This document shows, piece by piece, positions 1 through 12,490 of a stretch of DNA of 64,000 nt. The position numbers and the translations under genes are program-made. This stretch comes from Centroscyllium fabricii (lineage: Eukaryota). The stretch lies in contig JBNRSN020000001.1 of assembly GCA_051313645.2 (NCBI GenBank), forward strand, positions 102,610,001 to 102,674,000. Reading direction: 5' to 3'. The notes beneath the pieces are model-generated. The model was not told the origin of the DNA. It ran no database searches and saw only the letters and a program-made list of their open reading frames with translations. How positions within the stretch are numbered: the stretch's first letter is position 1; every line of letters starts with the position of its first letter.

Positions 1-67
1 ATGGATAGAGCGGACACGGTGTGCCGAAGGTCCTCTTTCTGTGGTGTATAACTCTTTGACTCTATGA
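1..67 (+). mobile_element. 3' tail of CR1-type LINE/SINE (window edge)
   Basis: GCCGAAGGTCCTCTTTCTGTGGTGTATAACTCTTTGACTCTATGA resembles the CR1-like 3' terminus with a short repeat tail. Confidence 0.55.
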
Positions 68-221
68 CGAATTACTCGGGAGGCCTGTGAGGGGTTGACA
101 AATACATGGCTGAGGGTTTCATCAACTGTTGGAATGAAGATGAGTTATGTACTCTATTCAGTGAGTAAAGGCTCAATTACTTTCTGGTGGCAAATTTAAA
201 ATTCCAGTGTTTTGGCTTACG

Positions 222-636
222 TGTCAGCTGTGGTTCAGTGGGTAGCACACTCGCCTCTGAGTCAGAAGGTTGTGGGTTAAATTTCTCACTCCAGGGACTT
301 GAGCACAAAAATCTAGACTGACACTCCAGTGCAGTACTGTAGAGGTGCAGCACTGTTGGAGGTGCCGTCTTTCTGGTGAGACGTTAATCCGAGGCCCCAC
401 CTGCTCTCTCGGGTCAACGTAAAAGATCCCAAGGCATTATTTAAAATAAGAGCAGGGGAGTTATGGCCGGTGTCCTGGCCAATATTTACCCCTCAATCAA
501 CATAACAAAAACAGAATATCTGATCATGATCACATTGCTGTTTGGGGGATCTTGCTGTGCACAAATTGGCTGAGGCTTATCCCACATTATAACAGTGACT
601 ACACTCCAAAAGTACTTAATTGGCTGTAAAGCGCTT
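222..636 (+). mobile_element. tRNA-derived Deu-domain SINE (SacSINE1-like)
   Basis: tRNA-like head (TGGTTCAGTGG ... GGTTAAATT); Deu-like core GAGGTGCCGTCTTTC...GTAAAAGATCCC...GAGCAGGGGAG; L2-type tail. Confidence 0.8.
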
Positions 637-1349
637 TTTTAATTCCAGAGAACAAAGTTTACCGCAAATCAGAGAAGCATCTGTTCAGAATACGGAAACA
701 TTCAAAATCCAGAAACACACAGGCACCCAATTGTAAATAAAGACTTATGTTTTCATTTAGCAGCTTATTTGGCAAAGCAGTATTGTGGTTTGTTTGCATA
801 GCAGTAGATTGACTTACAGTGGTTAGTCTCCAAAAGTAAATAGTTATCTTTATTAGTTTGTTAAAAAAATAACGACAAGGTGGTCTCGTTGATGTGCTTC
901 ATTTCATCTTTTTAAGCTGGGAGTTCTTGTCTCCCTCACCAAAAATGTGCTTGCGTTGCTCCCATTACTGCGCTTGCTGGCAGTTGCAGGGCCTTGTCAC
1001 CAACTTGATCTTATCCCACTGTCACTGAGGCATTTTCACTGGCATTTGCAGATTCCATGGCGCATTCTCCAAATATTTGAAATCTGATGAGCTTGTTAAC
1101 TGCTGCACGAGCATAAATTATCATTATTGTTGCTGTATCATAATTGTTTTTTGTTTCATTATGCTGCTGCCAATTAAGTTACCTATTTTATAGTTGACAC
1201 TTAGCAAAAGAGGACACCCTTGTGATAGCAAAAGCATTTTTCTTAAAATTGCCATTTGTTTCACACCAACAGGAAAATGTTAGCCCCAGATGTTTTGGCA
1301 AAGTTTGTCATCTCACATCTGTACATATACAAGGGAAACAATGTTATGT

Positions 1350-2027
1350 AGCCCCGCTTTCACTGGAGGCTACGAATTCCCGATTTCTCCCGAATCTGAA
1401 ATTTGTCCGATTCGTGGGTAATTCTTGCAATTCGTAAACGATTCGTGGTTGATTCGTAGAGGATTCGTAGAGTTCGCGTAAGTTCGCGTGATTTCTTTGA
1501 TTTTTCAAGAAAGTTTTTGTTTGTCAAAAAATTTCGTGGGAGGGTTAACGAATGTCCAATTCATGATAGATTCCTAAACAATTCGTGACCCTTTCTTATC
1601 GTTCTTAACCCTTTCTTATCCTTCTTAACCGTTTCTTAATCGCTTCTTCTGCATTCTTGTCTATTCTTGGGCATTCTTGACTCCCTCAAATTCGTGGACC
1701 CACACCGAATACATCACGAAACAGGCACGAATGTCCACGAATCAGGTACGAATCAAGTACGAATTGGTCGTAGTGGATTCGTACAGTAATTCGGCACATT
1801 CGTAAGTGAGTTCGTTAAATTCTTACCTGATTCTTTGAATTCGTACTTGTTTCTTAAACCATTCTTGACATTCGGCACGAATAATTCGTAATCAATTCGT
1901 AGTGGATTCGTAGCTCCTCCCGAATCCACCACGAATTTTCACATTTTTTTGCCGAATCGCCACGAATTTCGATACGTGACGATTCTTGATATTCTTGATA
2001 TTCTTAGCCTCCAGTGAAAGCGGGGCT
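1350..2027. mobile_element. MITE, probably PIF/Harbinger-type
   Basis: Perfect 23-bp TIR AGCCCCGCTTTCACTGGAGGCTA at 1350-1372 and 2005-2027; non-coding interior dense in ATTCGT/ACGAAT/ATTCTT motifs; TSD not clean. Confidence 0.8.
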
Positions 2028-2198
2028 TTAGAGTAAGGAATTCCTACGCTGGGTAAAAGATCAGATTACTATAGTAACAAAGATACAAGGAATTCGATGT
2101 GAGACCAGAAGTGCAAATTGATTATTGGAAGACATTCGACAATCTGAGAATTCCATGGCACTCTCAGGGATAGTATCTTGAGGAATCACCAGCACGTA

Positions 2199-2602
2199 GC
2201 AGCACGGTGGCACAGTGGTTAGCACTGTTGCCTCACAGCACTGGAGAACTGGGTTCAAATCCGGCCTCGGGCCCTACCTGTGTGGAGTTTGCACATTCTC
2301 CCAGTGTCTGCGTGGGTTTCCTCCAGGTGCTCTGGTTTCCTCCCACAGTCCAAAGATGTGCGGGTTAGGTTGATTGGCCAGGATAAATTGACCCTTAGTG
2401 TTACGGGGATGAAATATGTGGGGTTGCGGGGATAGGGTGGGATATGTGTTGGTACAGGCTCGATAGGGATCGAGGGATGTGGGGAGAGGGTAGGGGCGGG
2501 GTACTGGGTTTGGATGATCAGCCATGATCTCATTGAATGGCGGAGCAGGCTCAAAGGGCCAAATGGCCTACTCCTGCTCCTATCTTCTATGTTTCTATGT
2601 TT
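2199..2602 (+). mobile_element. V-SINE (HE1-like), full length
   Basis: A box TGGCACAGTGG, B box GGTTCAAATCC, V domain TGTGTGGAGTTTGCACATTCTCCC...TCCCACAGTCCAAAGA, CR1-type tail ending (TTTCTATG)n. Confidence 0.9.
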
Positions 2603-3541
2603 GTAAGTGACGTTCTGTCCGGATGCAAAATCACTGGCTGTGCCACTGCAGTGTCCTATATGCATCATCTGTAGGCTCAATTCCCCTCTGGGCAGGTCGA
2701 ATCATAGAAACCCCTGCCCCCCTGCCTGCCCTCCCCCATCCCCCACACCATTCTGTAAAGTAAGGAACACTTAATAGCAGAGACAAAAGGAAATAAAAAC
2801 GAAATGTAAAACATTCACAGCATCTCATCATAAATCTCTGGCTATAAAACCTATGTAGCCATTGTTTGCAGTTGCTCTAACTCTACATGTAACCCATAGA
2901 TGCAGTTCTCACTATGTGAGAGCTGACCTTCCACAGCCTTCCAGCAAACTATACTCTGTGGAAAGTCTTTCCTTCACTGGAATTAATTTGCTCGAGAGCC
3001 GGTGCACACACTGGGGGGAATTTTCATGAACCCGTGAGGCGGGGTTTTGGGCGGGCGGGAGGTGAAAATTAGAACATTTTGGTTCCCGCCGAAGCCCGCC
3101 CATTCCCCGCCAGATTTGAATTTTTGGGCGGCCTTTTTTCCCGAACGAATCTTTCCCGCCGGCGCCCGGCAGGGATGCTTGTTAAGGTAGTTAAGAGCCC
3201 TTAATTGGCATCTGTAATCCCATTTTAAGGGCCCTTAGCAATTTTCAGGTGTTTCACGCACAAAACCCGCCAAGATAAACCCTGTCAGGTGAAATCCTTG
3301 TGTGAACTCAGTGGGACTGCTGAGTATCTGTGTCCGGTCACTCAATAAAGGCTCACATTTAATCAGCCATCATTCGCTTCCGCAAACACATTGTTCTCTC
3401 AGTCCTGGGAATATTTGCAACAGGCTTCAGCAAACCTGTGGAAGGTTGCATCCTCAAACACTTCTGCAGTGTGACCTGGGAAAGCCCTCTCACTTCCCCC
3501 CCTCACTCAGTGCTTCCTCAGCCGAGGCTGCCAGCACAGCC

Positions 3542-4827
3542 ATGGGAGCCATTTTCTTCCTTCCCTTCTTGGGATTGCATGATCTCTACCAGGAGCAGAT
3601 GCGGCTACAGCAGCAACAGCAGCAGCCACACCAGGAGCCTGATGCTCCTGCGGACCGTCCGGGGGCAGCATGGGCCAGAAGGCATCGGCGCATCCATGGC
3701 CGGTGCCGCAGAAGATACCCCCCAAACAGGGTCTACAGAGTCCGAGCCACCTACCTCAACATGAGTGAGTGGCGGTGACAAAGGCGACTCCGACTTTCCC
3801 GAGATACAGTCACAGACATCTGCGCCATGCTGCAGCAACAGCTGGAGCCCAGGACACCAGGTAGAAATGCCTTACCAGTGGCCCTCAAAGTCACCACCGC
3901 ACTCAGCTTCTTTGCCTCTGGCTCATTCCAGGGATCAGCAGCCGACATCAGCGGAATCTCCCAGTAAGCCGCACACTCCTGCATCACCCAGGTAACCGAT
4001 GCCCTCTTTGCCCGTGCCCACAATACATCCATTTTACCACAGATCGCGCAAGTGTGAGGGCCTGAGCGATTGGAATGGCTCGTCTGGCAGGTTTCCCAAG
4101 GGTACAGGGCATCTTTGACTGCACACATGTGGCCCTTAGGGCACCCAACGACAACCCAGTAGCTTTTCTCAACCGCAAGGGCTTCCATTCACTCAATGTT
4201 CAACTGGTGTGTGACCACAACTAGGAGATTTTGCATGTGTGTGCCAGGTACCCTGGCAGATGCCATGACTCCTTTGTCCTGTGCCAATCAACCTTGCCTA
4301 CGCTCTTCACACCACTGGACCAGCTTCTGGGGTGGCTACTTGGAGACAAGGGCTATCCCCTCAGGACTTGGCTCATGACGCCGGTCAGGAGGCCAGCCAA
4401 TGAGGCTGAGGAGAACTACAACTCCATACACATCTCCACCAGAAGCATTATAGAGCACACCATCGGCTTGCTCAAGATGCGTTTCAGACGCTTGGACAGA
4501 TCAGGTGGAGCCCTGCAATACACCCCAGCCAGGGTCTCCAGAATGGTAGTGGTTTGCTGTCAACTTCACAACATGGCACAGCGCCGTGGCTTGCAAACTC
4601 CTGACCAAGACCTGCCTCCTCGCATACCATCCTCAGATGAGGAGGAGGAGGAAGAGGAAGAGGAGGAGGAGGAATAGGAGGAGGAGGAGGAGGAAGAGGA
4701 GGAGGAGGAGGAAGAGGAGGATGAGGACGGGGTTGCTGCCACTCGTCCCCAGCCAGCGCCACAATTACGCGAGACCATTGCTGGCCGGCAAGCAAGGATG
4801 GAGCTCATCCTTGCAAGATTTTCTTAG
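3542..4827 (+). pseudogene. Harbinger (HARBI1-like) DDE transposase, disrupted
   Basis: Motifs [58 protein letters not shown]; poly-Glu tail; several in-frame stops (e.g. 3776, ~3964, ~4222). Confidence 0.92.
4638..4727 (+). repeat. (GAG)n poly-Glu tract in transposase C-terminus
   Basis: Run of GAG/GAA triplets. Confidence 0.9.
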
Positions 4828-6291
4828 CCTACTCAAGCCAGCTTGTGCTACTCTGCTCATCCTAACAGTGCATCCTCACTGACACACTCCAAGCAGTTCC
4901 ACAGCTCATACCTGCATGAGTCCCACTACTGTAAGGACATCTGTGTGGGGGGGGGGGGAGCAGTTGGGGGAGTGTGCTTCTGGGCCTGGCAAATGCCTGT
5001 GACTGCTTTCTGCGCTCACGCATGCACCCACGCCCCTGACGCACCACATATTTCTTTGATGATCATGGTCCCATCCAAACATCCATCCATCCATCCCATG
5101 CAATAATGAACACAGAAACAGTAAAGGTTGCAACTGCAACATGCTGTTTAGTAACAACATTATGCAAACATGGCCACATGCATGGTTGTTCAACTGATGA
5201 CCAGCACTTATGAATCACTGCATTAATGATGTCCCAGGCATCTCAGCTGCAGACATGCAGGCTGAAACGGTCAAAATGTCATTAGCAGCAATGCTGCACC
5301 TCAGCCAGTCCAGTTTTGAGCTTGCAAGTTCATATCCATTGTCAATCATGTTCCCCCCCCCCCTCACGTGCTGCCCCTCCCTTTTCAAGAGTAACACATT
5401 CTGACAAACCATTGACTCTGCTGTGGGGGTCACAGTGAAATCTCAGTCCCTGATCAGCTAATCGAAACGACCATCCCCCCAGAGGTTGTCAAGGCCTTCA
5501 TTTGAAAAACGGAGAAGAACATCAACCATGTGTAGAAAAATTATGCAGGCGCTGTCGGGTTTCTTTATGTGGGTGGGGCTGATGTTTTTCCAAATGTCGT
5601 GGAGGTGCTTCAGGGCAGTGCACCCAGACATGTGGCAGGAGCTGTGGAGGGCGGTGAGGGGCAAAGTCTGGTGGGTCTTCACCCACCTGATCTTGTTTGA
5701 TGTGTGGGAGCTGAGGCATGCTGGCACCATGGCTCCTTGGCCATTCCATCAGGGTCAGGTACTGTGAGGGGCCAGTTGCAGCCAGATGATGTTGGATGCG
5801 TGGGTACTTTGGCCAGTGGCCCATCTTTTCTTTGCCCACCTCCATCCTTTTAAAGTTTTGTTTGTGTTAAAGTTCAGCCCTGAGGCGTGTTTGCTGGTGT
5901 TGAGAAAGCATCAGGTGGTTTGCTCAGTTAACCTGGTCATCCTTTTAACCACACATCATTCATTCAGTCCCTCTGTTCGCTGGTGTGCGTCACCATGAAG
6001 GTAGGCCGATTTCTAAGACCTTCACTCTTAACCATTGAGCTGCAGTCTGTTATTAAAACTCATGCGTCTTGCTGTAAGTCCTTCTGCCATGTTGCGTCTG
6101 CATCCTTGCATATCTGTGAGGCCTGCCCGATTGCTATCCAGCCTGCATAACGTTTCAATGTGGAAGAGACATTCGCAAGATGTCAGACATGACAACTGCA
6201 TCAGGTGGCACCTGCAGTGGTCTGCTGTCTGACCACTGCTTTGGACACCTAAATGTCTGTTACACTAACACGCAAGTGACTCCCGTTGTGC

Positions 6292-8303
6292 CTAAGGGTG
6301 CTTAAATTTTCTTTTGTGAGTGCTCCTACGTGGTGGTGGCCCTGTGGTGTCAGCAGATGTGGAGGCCCCCTGCTGAGTGCCCTGCTGCTCCTGTGTGGAC
6401 ACCTTTGGCGGTCGTCCTCTGGGGCGGCGAGCCTGTGGGGGCTCGCTAGCAGTCTGCTGCTCCTGCGGCTGGGCAGGGTATGAGACTTCCATCTCAGGTG
6501 CATGGGGACTCAGGCGTGCCTCTGACCAAGGGCTCTGCCGTGTTGTGGACGTGGGAGCGCTTGGAGAGGAGCCCCCACTTCCTTCAGCTGCACCAACAAC
6601 CTCCCTCTCATGGGTCACCTCCCCCTCAGCGCCAGCAAGTGGCTGGACAGCACCTTGCTGCACTTCAGGGGGGCCATGGGGACCCGTATCTGCCGTGGAA
6701 GTCATACTGAGAGGAACTTCTACGAAGGCCTGGTTCCTGTGCTCAACAGATGACACTCGCTGCTCAAGAGATGTGACTCTATTCTGAACACTCCCCATGT
6801 CTTCGAAAGACTGGCAACTTATGTGCTCGATGGCCGTGGCCATCCTCTCATCCACGGTCGCTATCCTTTCCATGGTGGTCGCTATCCTTTCCATGGTGGT
6901 TGCCATCCTTTCCATGGTGATGCGATTATGCGCCACTGACTCCACAAGGTCGCTTCTCATGCTTGTGACAGACTCCTCCATTCGCATGACACTCGCAGCT
7001 ACCTGGGAGACAAAACCTGTCAGAGACACCTGCATCTGTGTCTGGAGTCCCATCATGTGTCCTCTGCCTGATGGATCCAAAGGTGCTGGGTCGACATGCA
7101 GCTCAGCTAAGCTGGCAGAGTCCTGCGTCCTCCGACTAGGACTCTGCACTGCTGTCCCTGTCTCCACAATCTGCTGAGGCTCACTTGTGTTGTCTGAATC
7201 ACCCGGTGACAAGTCATATGTAGCTCACGGGGGGCCCACCGAGGTGCTAGTATCTGCGCTGGTGCCGGGTGGAGTCTGTGGTGCTGACGGTGCACCGTCA
7301 GAGGTGGCAGGTTCCTCTGAGAACTGAACAGGGGCGGCCTCATGCTCAGCTCTGCTTGGCCGTCCAGCTGCAGATGGGCCTGTGCGGCAGTAAAGGCAGA
7401 GGTTAGAGATATGTCAGCAAGGTTACATACAGATAGCATTCAGGAGCTGAGCAGAGATGCCTCTGCAGTGCTTTAACATTCATTGTGCCAGTCTCATGTG
7501 TTACTTGTTAGATAAATAATAAAACCATGCTGTCACCAGCTCGAGATTGCATGCCTGCCTCGCCGTCACCCACTCCCGGGGCTTGCCCCTCCCCAACAAG
7601 GTCTAGAACTGCCTCCTCCCAGGTGGTGAGCTGCTGGATGGTGGGGGGTCCTCCTCCGGTCCCGGTGCTGTGCCGCTTGTTGGCGGCTGTCTTTTCCTGC
7701 AATGAGGGAGAGAAGTGGAGGTTGAGTGAGAAGGAAGGAGTTGGTGCAGCGAGTGACCAGCAAAGTTTGTTGGAGGGTGACAAAGATGCAGTGAGCCTGC
7801 AAGACCAAAGGCTCTCCCTGTGTGGTGCCAGATGTGCAGCAAGCATGAGAGTGAGAGGGAGTGTGAGGGCTGAATGGAGGGAAAGGACTGTGAGTGTGAG
7901 CATAGATAGAGAGGGAATGGGTAAGGTTGCTTGGATGTGATGGGCAAGTGGGATGTGGAGGAAGGGAGTGGTGAAGATAAGTTGTGGTGAGGAGAGGTGA
8001 GGGGGATGTGATTGAGGGTGAGGGGAAATGAATACTTACTCTCGCAGTGCGATGAAGGTCATGCAATCTCTTACGACACTGCAACCAGGACCGGGGTGTT
8101 GTGCCCAAGGAGCTGACCCCCTCAGCCACCTGCTGCCATGTAGCCTTGGTCTGTGAGGGAGGTCTCTTCCTCCCTGAGGAGGGGAAGAGATCCTCCCTAT
8201 GGGTCGTTGCCCCCTTGAGTAATGCGTCGAGGGAGGCATCATCAAATTTGGGGGCGGGTCGTCCCTTCGCGCTGCCCGATGCAGCACCCTCACGCTCTGC
8301 CAT
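6292..8303 (-). pseudogene. Harbinger Myb/SANT-like DNA-binding protein, 3 exons (8303-8040, 7696-7537, 7379-6292)
   Basis: Trihelix motif W..VA..VS...R...QCRKR..DL; GT/AG junctions keep the frame; TGGGPP motif in exon 2; one premature TGA at ~7226; heptad repeats TMERIAT; basic C-terminus RRSTHKRK. Confidence 0.85.
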
Positions 8304-8799
8304 CCTGCTGAAGGTTGTAGAACGCTGAGCAGTGCGGGAGGCGAGCTGTGTTTATTAAAGGAAACCCGAATCCTGACATCATATTGTGCAACTTTCTGAC
8401 TGGAAATCGGTGATTGAGAAGGCTTCCCACAGGCGGGGAATTAATTGGGTAGTAAGACGAAAATCTCGTGGGAAACGCAGGCACTTATTCGGGCGGGACA
8501 AAAACCCGCCCCGACCAATCCCCGCCAGTTCCTCGTCATTGGGGCAAAATTCTGGCCATTGTTTCCAAATGAAGGTAGTTTCATTTTATGAGTCATGATG
8601 AATGAGACAAACACTGAGACCCAACATTAAGCTTTTTTGCTTGTTAAGTACTTCTTGAGGAACAATTATGTGGAAGGTTCAAATTTACCCAGTATTTACT
8701 TTACTCCCATATTGTGTTAATTCGAGCAGTGGAAGGAGCCAACAGAGCTTTAGATTCCATCGGGAGTAATGCAGATGATATTGCCTAAAGCCTCTCCAT

Positions 8800-9278
8800 G
8801 GTTGATTCCTGAGATGAAGGGTTTGACTTATGAAGAAAGATTGTGCAGGTCGGCCTATACGCATTGGAATTTAGAAGAATGGGAGGTTTTCTTATTGAAA
8901 CATATAAGATACTGAGGGGGCTCGACAAGGTATATGCAGAGAAGATGTTTCCCCTCATGGGGGAATCTAGAACTGGGGCCATAATTTCAGAATAAGGGGT
9001 CACCCATTTAAAACTGAAATGAGATGGAATTTCTTCTCTCAGAGGGTCATAAATCTGTGGCATTCTCTGCCCCAGAGAGCTGTGGAGGCTGGCTCATTGA
9101 ATATATTTAAGGAGGAGGTAGACAGATTTTTGAACAATAAGGGAGTGAAGCATTATGGGGAGCGGGCCGGGAAGTGGAGCTGAGCCCAAGATCAGATCAG
9201 CCATGATCTCATTAAATGGCGGAGCATGCTCGAGGGGCCAAATGGCCGACTCCTGCTCATATTTCTTATGTTCTTATG
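8800..9278 (+). mobile_element. CR1 LINE 3' fragment (HER1-like)
   Basis: CR1 ORF2 C-terminal remnants and a 3' tail shared with the V-SINEs (GCCATGATCTCATT...ACTCCTGCTC). Confidence 0.85.
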
Positions 9279-10074
9279 GTAGATATTTTGGAGGAAAAGG
9301 AGTGACAAAAGAGAAACACGTCAGAAGATTGAAAGCCATAGGACTGCTAAGACTCACTGCTGCCTGATGCATTGAAAGTACTGGCGGTGTCTCACTTACC
9401 TGAACCTCATTTAGATATGCTGTGTGAGGAAGTTTTGCTGCAACATTGAGTCACAGACCTGTGTCAGCACTGGAACTACACCAGCTACAACAGTCAGGTG
9501 GTGAAAAAACAACAGGAAATGCTGGAAAAACTCAGTTAAGAGTGGTCTTCTAAAGCAAAGGACACAGAACATATAACTAGTTGTGCTAATACAGCAAGGG
9601 GCCTTCTTCACTTGTGAAGTTGGAAATGGAGGAGTAATTTAAAAATAACTTCAGACCCCATGAAGTGTGCTGAAGGGAGGGACTTGCAATTATTGCCACA
9701 AACTGCCACCAATCTGAAAGATGACACACAATCCACAACCCCTCCCCCTCCTCTGCCAGCATTATTCAAGTTGAACTGATTTTTTTTAAGCTCCCCCTCT
9801 CACCAAAGATCGCCAGGTGCCAGAGTATCTGGCTGCAGGGAGCATACGGACAGCAGAGATGTGCCCACAGTGCCACATGCACCCACAGGCCTCACACAAA
9901 CGGGTGGCCTACTACTCAGCCTGTAAACACCTGCAGGAGCAATGCTGAGCAGTGGACGCAAACCAGGTGTAACTAGATCAGGAGGCACAGTAAGTTGTGT
10001 GGATGGGAGCAGGAAGTTATAAAGAGACATAGACAGACATAGACAGATCTGCCACAGCAAAACTGTGGCAGATG

Positions 10075-10820
10075 GAGCCCAATGTGGCGAAGAGTAAAGT
10101 GCTTTCAATCTAAAAGCCAACTCAGAATGTATTCTTAATGACAACAGATTTGAAACTGTGGAGGAGCAAAGGAATTTGGGTATCCATGTCTACAAATCAT
10201 TAAAGGCTAGTGCACAGGTACGAAATGTAATCGAAAAGGCAAATGGAATGTTGGCTCTTATCTCAGCAAGGTTAGATTACAAAGAGAAGGAAGTTATGTT
10301 CAGGCCCCATCTCGAGCACTGCATTCAGTTTTGGGCACCTCAGCTGAGGAAGGATATACTGGCCTTCGAGGGGGTACAGTGCCATCAAAATGATACCAGG
10401 GCTTCAAAAGTTATATTTTGAATACAGGATGCATAAACATAGCTTGCATTGCCTTGAGTTTAGAAGTCTGAGAGACAAACTAAATGAGGACTTTAAAATT
10501 ATAAAGGGATGCGATAGAGTAGATGCAGAAAAGCTATTTCCTTTGGTATGGAAATCCAGAACAAAAGGGCATAATCATAAAATTAGACCATTCGAAAGTA
10601 AAGTTAGGAAGCATTTTTTCACACAAAGGTTAGTGGTGTGCTGGGACTCTTTTCCCCAATTTTCAAGACTGAAATTGACAGATTTTTATTAGGTAAGGGT
10701 ATCAAGGGATATGGATCAAATGTGGGTAAATGGAATTGAGGTACAGATTAGCCATGATCTAATTGAATAGCTGAATAGGCTCGAGAGACGGAATGTCCTA
10801 CTCCTGTTCCTATGTTCCCA
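10075..10820 (+). mobile_element. CR1 LINE 3' fragment
   Basis: EQRNLGIHVYKSLKASAQV...KANGML, RPHLEHCIQFWAP, HFFTQRLV; CR1 tail. Confidence 0.85.
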
Positions 10821-11089
10821 GTGAAATTGTCTGAAGAATTCCAAGGCCATTATATCTGTGGGCTCTATTTAATTCATTATCAGTAAGAAATGTTTATATT
10901 TTTAACTCAGGTGAGTCATTTACTACACTGTTTCTGTAAATTTACTGTACTATAATGATCAGCAGACCACTGCTGTTGCTAAGCTGCAATTGGTCCATGT
11001 TATTTATCAGAAATCACAGCCCAGGTTCCAGACTAGCTTTGAGCAATTCCGCAGGAGATCTATGAATTTTAAAGAAACTTGGGAGCTCA

Positions 11090-11470
11090 CTAGAGTAGAG
11101 AAGGTTAAGGGTGATCTGATAAAGGTATACAAACAGACAATGGGTTTCGATAATGTGAAGAGGAAACCTATTTCCACAGATCACTCAGTCAACAATAAGT
11201 GAACGTAAAATGAAGATTATTGCCAAAAGAACAAAGGGAGACATTAGGAGTATTATTTTTGTGCAGACGGTTATTAGTATATAGAATACCCTATTAGAAA
11301 CAATGGTGGAAGCAGAATCCACAAGAGTTTTTAAAAGGGAAGTGGATAAATATTAGAAAATAAACATTTAAAAGGGTGAGGGAATTAAATGAATGGATTG
11401 CTGTTTCAGAGAGCTGGTACAGATGCAATAGATTAAATGCCTCCTTCTGTGTTGTAGATCTGATTCCATG
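11090..11470 (+). mobile_element. Old CR1 LINE 3' fragment
   Basis: GDLIKVYK-like segment and degenerate CR1 3' end. Confidence 0.55.
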
Positions 11471-11644
11471 AATTTAAAATAAAAACTATATACACCAGCT
11501 CCAGTGAGCCATGTTTCCCTATCTGCCAGCACTGATTTTGCTTTGGAGATGAGAATTAGTTTTTGTCCTCTTCTTTTGTTAGGTTGAGGATGAACAGGAT
11601 TTATTTTTTGTACTTCCCCATGTGATGGACGAGGGAATTTGTTT

Positions 11645-12490
11645 TTAATTATTCATCCTCAGGATTCAGGTGCCATTGGCAAGGACAGCATTTACTGCCC
11701 ATCCCGAGTTGCCCTGAGAAGGTGATTGGTAGGCCCAATGCTTCAATCGCAGCAATCTGTGTGGTGAAGGTACTCCCACAATACTGTTACATAGGGAGTT
11801 CCAGGATTTTGACTCAGGGCCCATGAAGGAACAGCGATAAATGGCCAAATCAGGATTGCGTATAACTTTTAAGGGAAGTTTGAGGCGATGGTGTTCCTGT
11901 GCACCTGCTGCCCTTGGCATTCTAGGTGGTGGAGGTGACGGGTTTGGGAGATGCTGTCAAAGAAGTCTTGGCAAATTGGTGGACTGACTTTGTAGATAGT
12001 ACACACTGCAGGCATTGTGTGCCAGTGGTGGAGGGGGTAGATTTTTAGGCTGGTGGAGGAAGTGCCGATCAAGGGGACTGATTTGTCCTGGATGGTGTTG
12101 AGCTTCTTCAGTGTTGTTTCAGCTGCACCCAACCATGCAAGTCGAGAATATTCCAATACACTCTTGACTTGTATCATTGGTGACCCCCCAGAATGTTGAT
12201 GGTGGGGGACTCAGAGATTGGAGTGCTATTGAATGTCAACAGGAGGTGGTTAGGCTCTCTCTTGTTGGAGATAGGTATTGCCTGGTACTTGTGTGGCATG
12301 ACTGTTACTTGCCACTTATCAGCCTGGATGTTGTCCAGATCATGCTACATATGGATATGGGCTGCTTCATTATCTGAGGAATTATGAATGAAACTGAAGT
12401 CTGTGTGATCATCAGTGAACAGTCCCACTACTGATGGAGGCAAGATCATTGATGAATCAGCTGAAGATAGTTGGGTCTAAGATGCTGCAG
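11645..12490 (-). mobile_element. 3' part of CR1-group LINE, same family as 58165-60710
   Basis: QVKSVLEYSRLAWLGAAETTLKKLNTIQDK matches WMSAAPTTHRKLYIIQGK at ~60640-60700. Confidence 0.75.

Larger units (their letters stand above)
3013..8557. mobile_element. Harbinger DNA transposon 1 (two-gene, decayed)
   Basis: Imperfect termini GGGGGGAATTTTC / revcomp GGCCAGAATTTTG; subterminal CCCGCC/GGCGGG motifs at both ends; convergent transposase and Myb/SANT genes. Confidence 0.85.

Noticed and set aside
2199-2275. tRNA genes (also at 222, 33570, 58165)
   Set aside because: These are SINE heads continuing into SINE bodies
2255-2680. Recurring ORF ...CGRKPEHLEETHADTGRMCKLH (also at 17585, 33640, 51176)
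   Set aside because: Antisense reading of the V-SINE, not a protein family
9392-9500. Possible minus-strand host exon (CAG|GTAAG donor at ~9399)
   Set aside because: No recognisable peptide or partner exons
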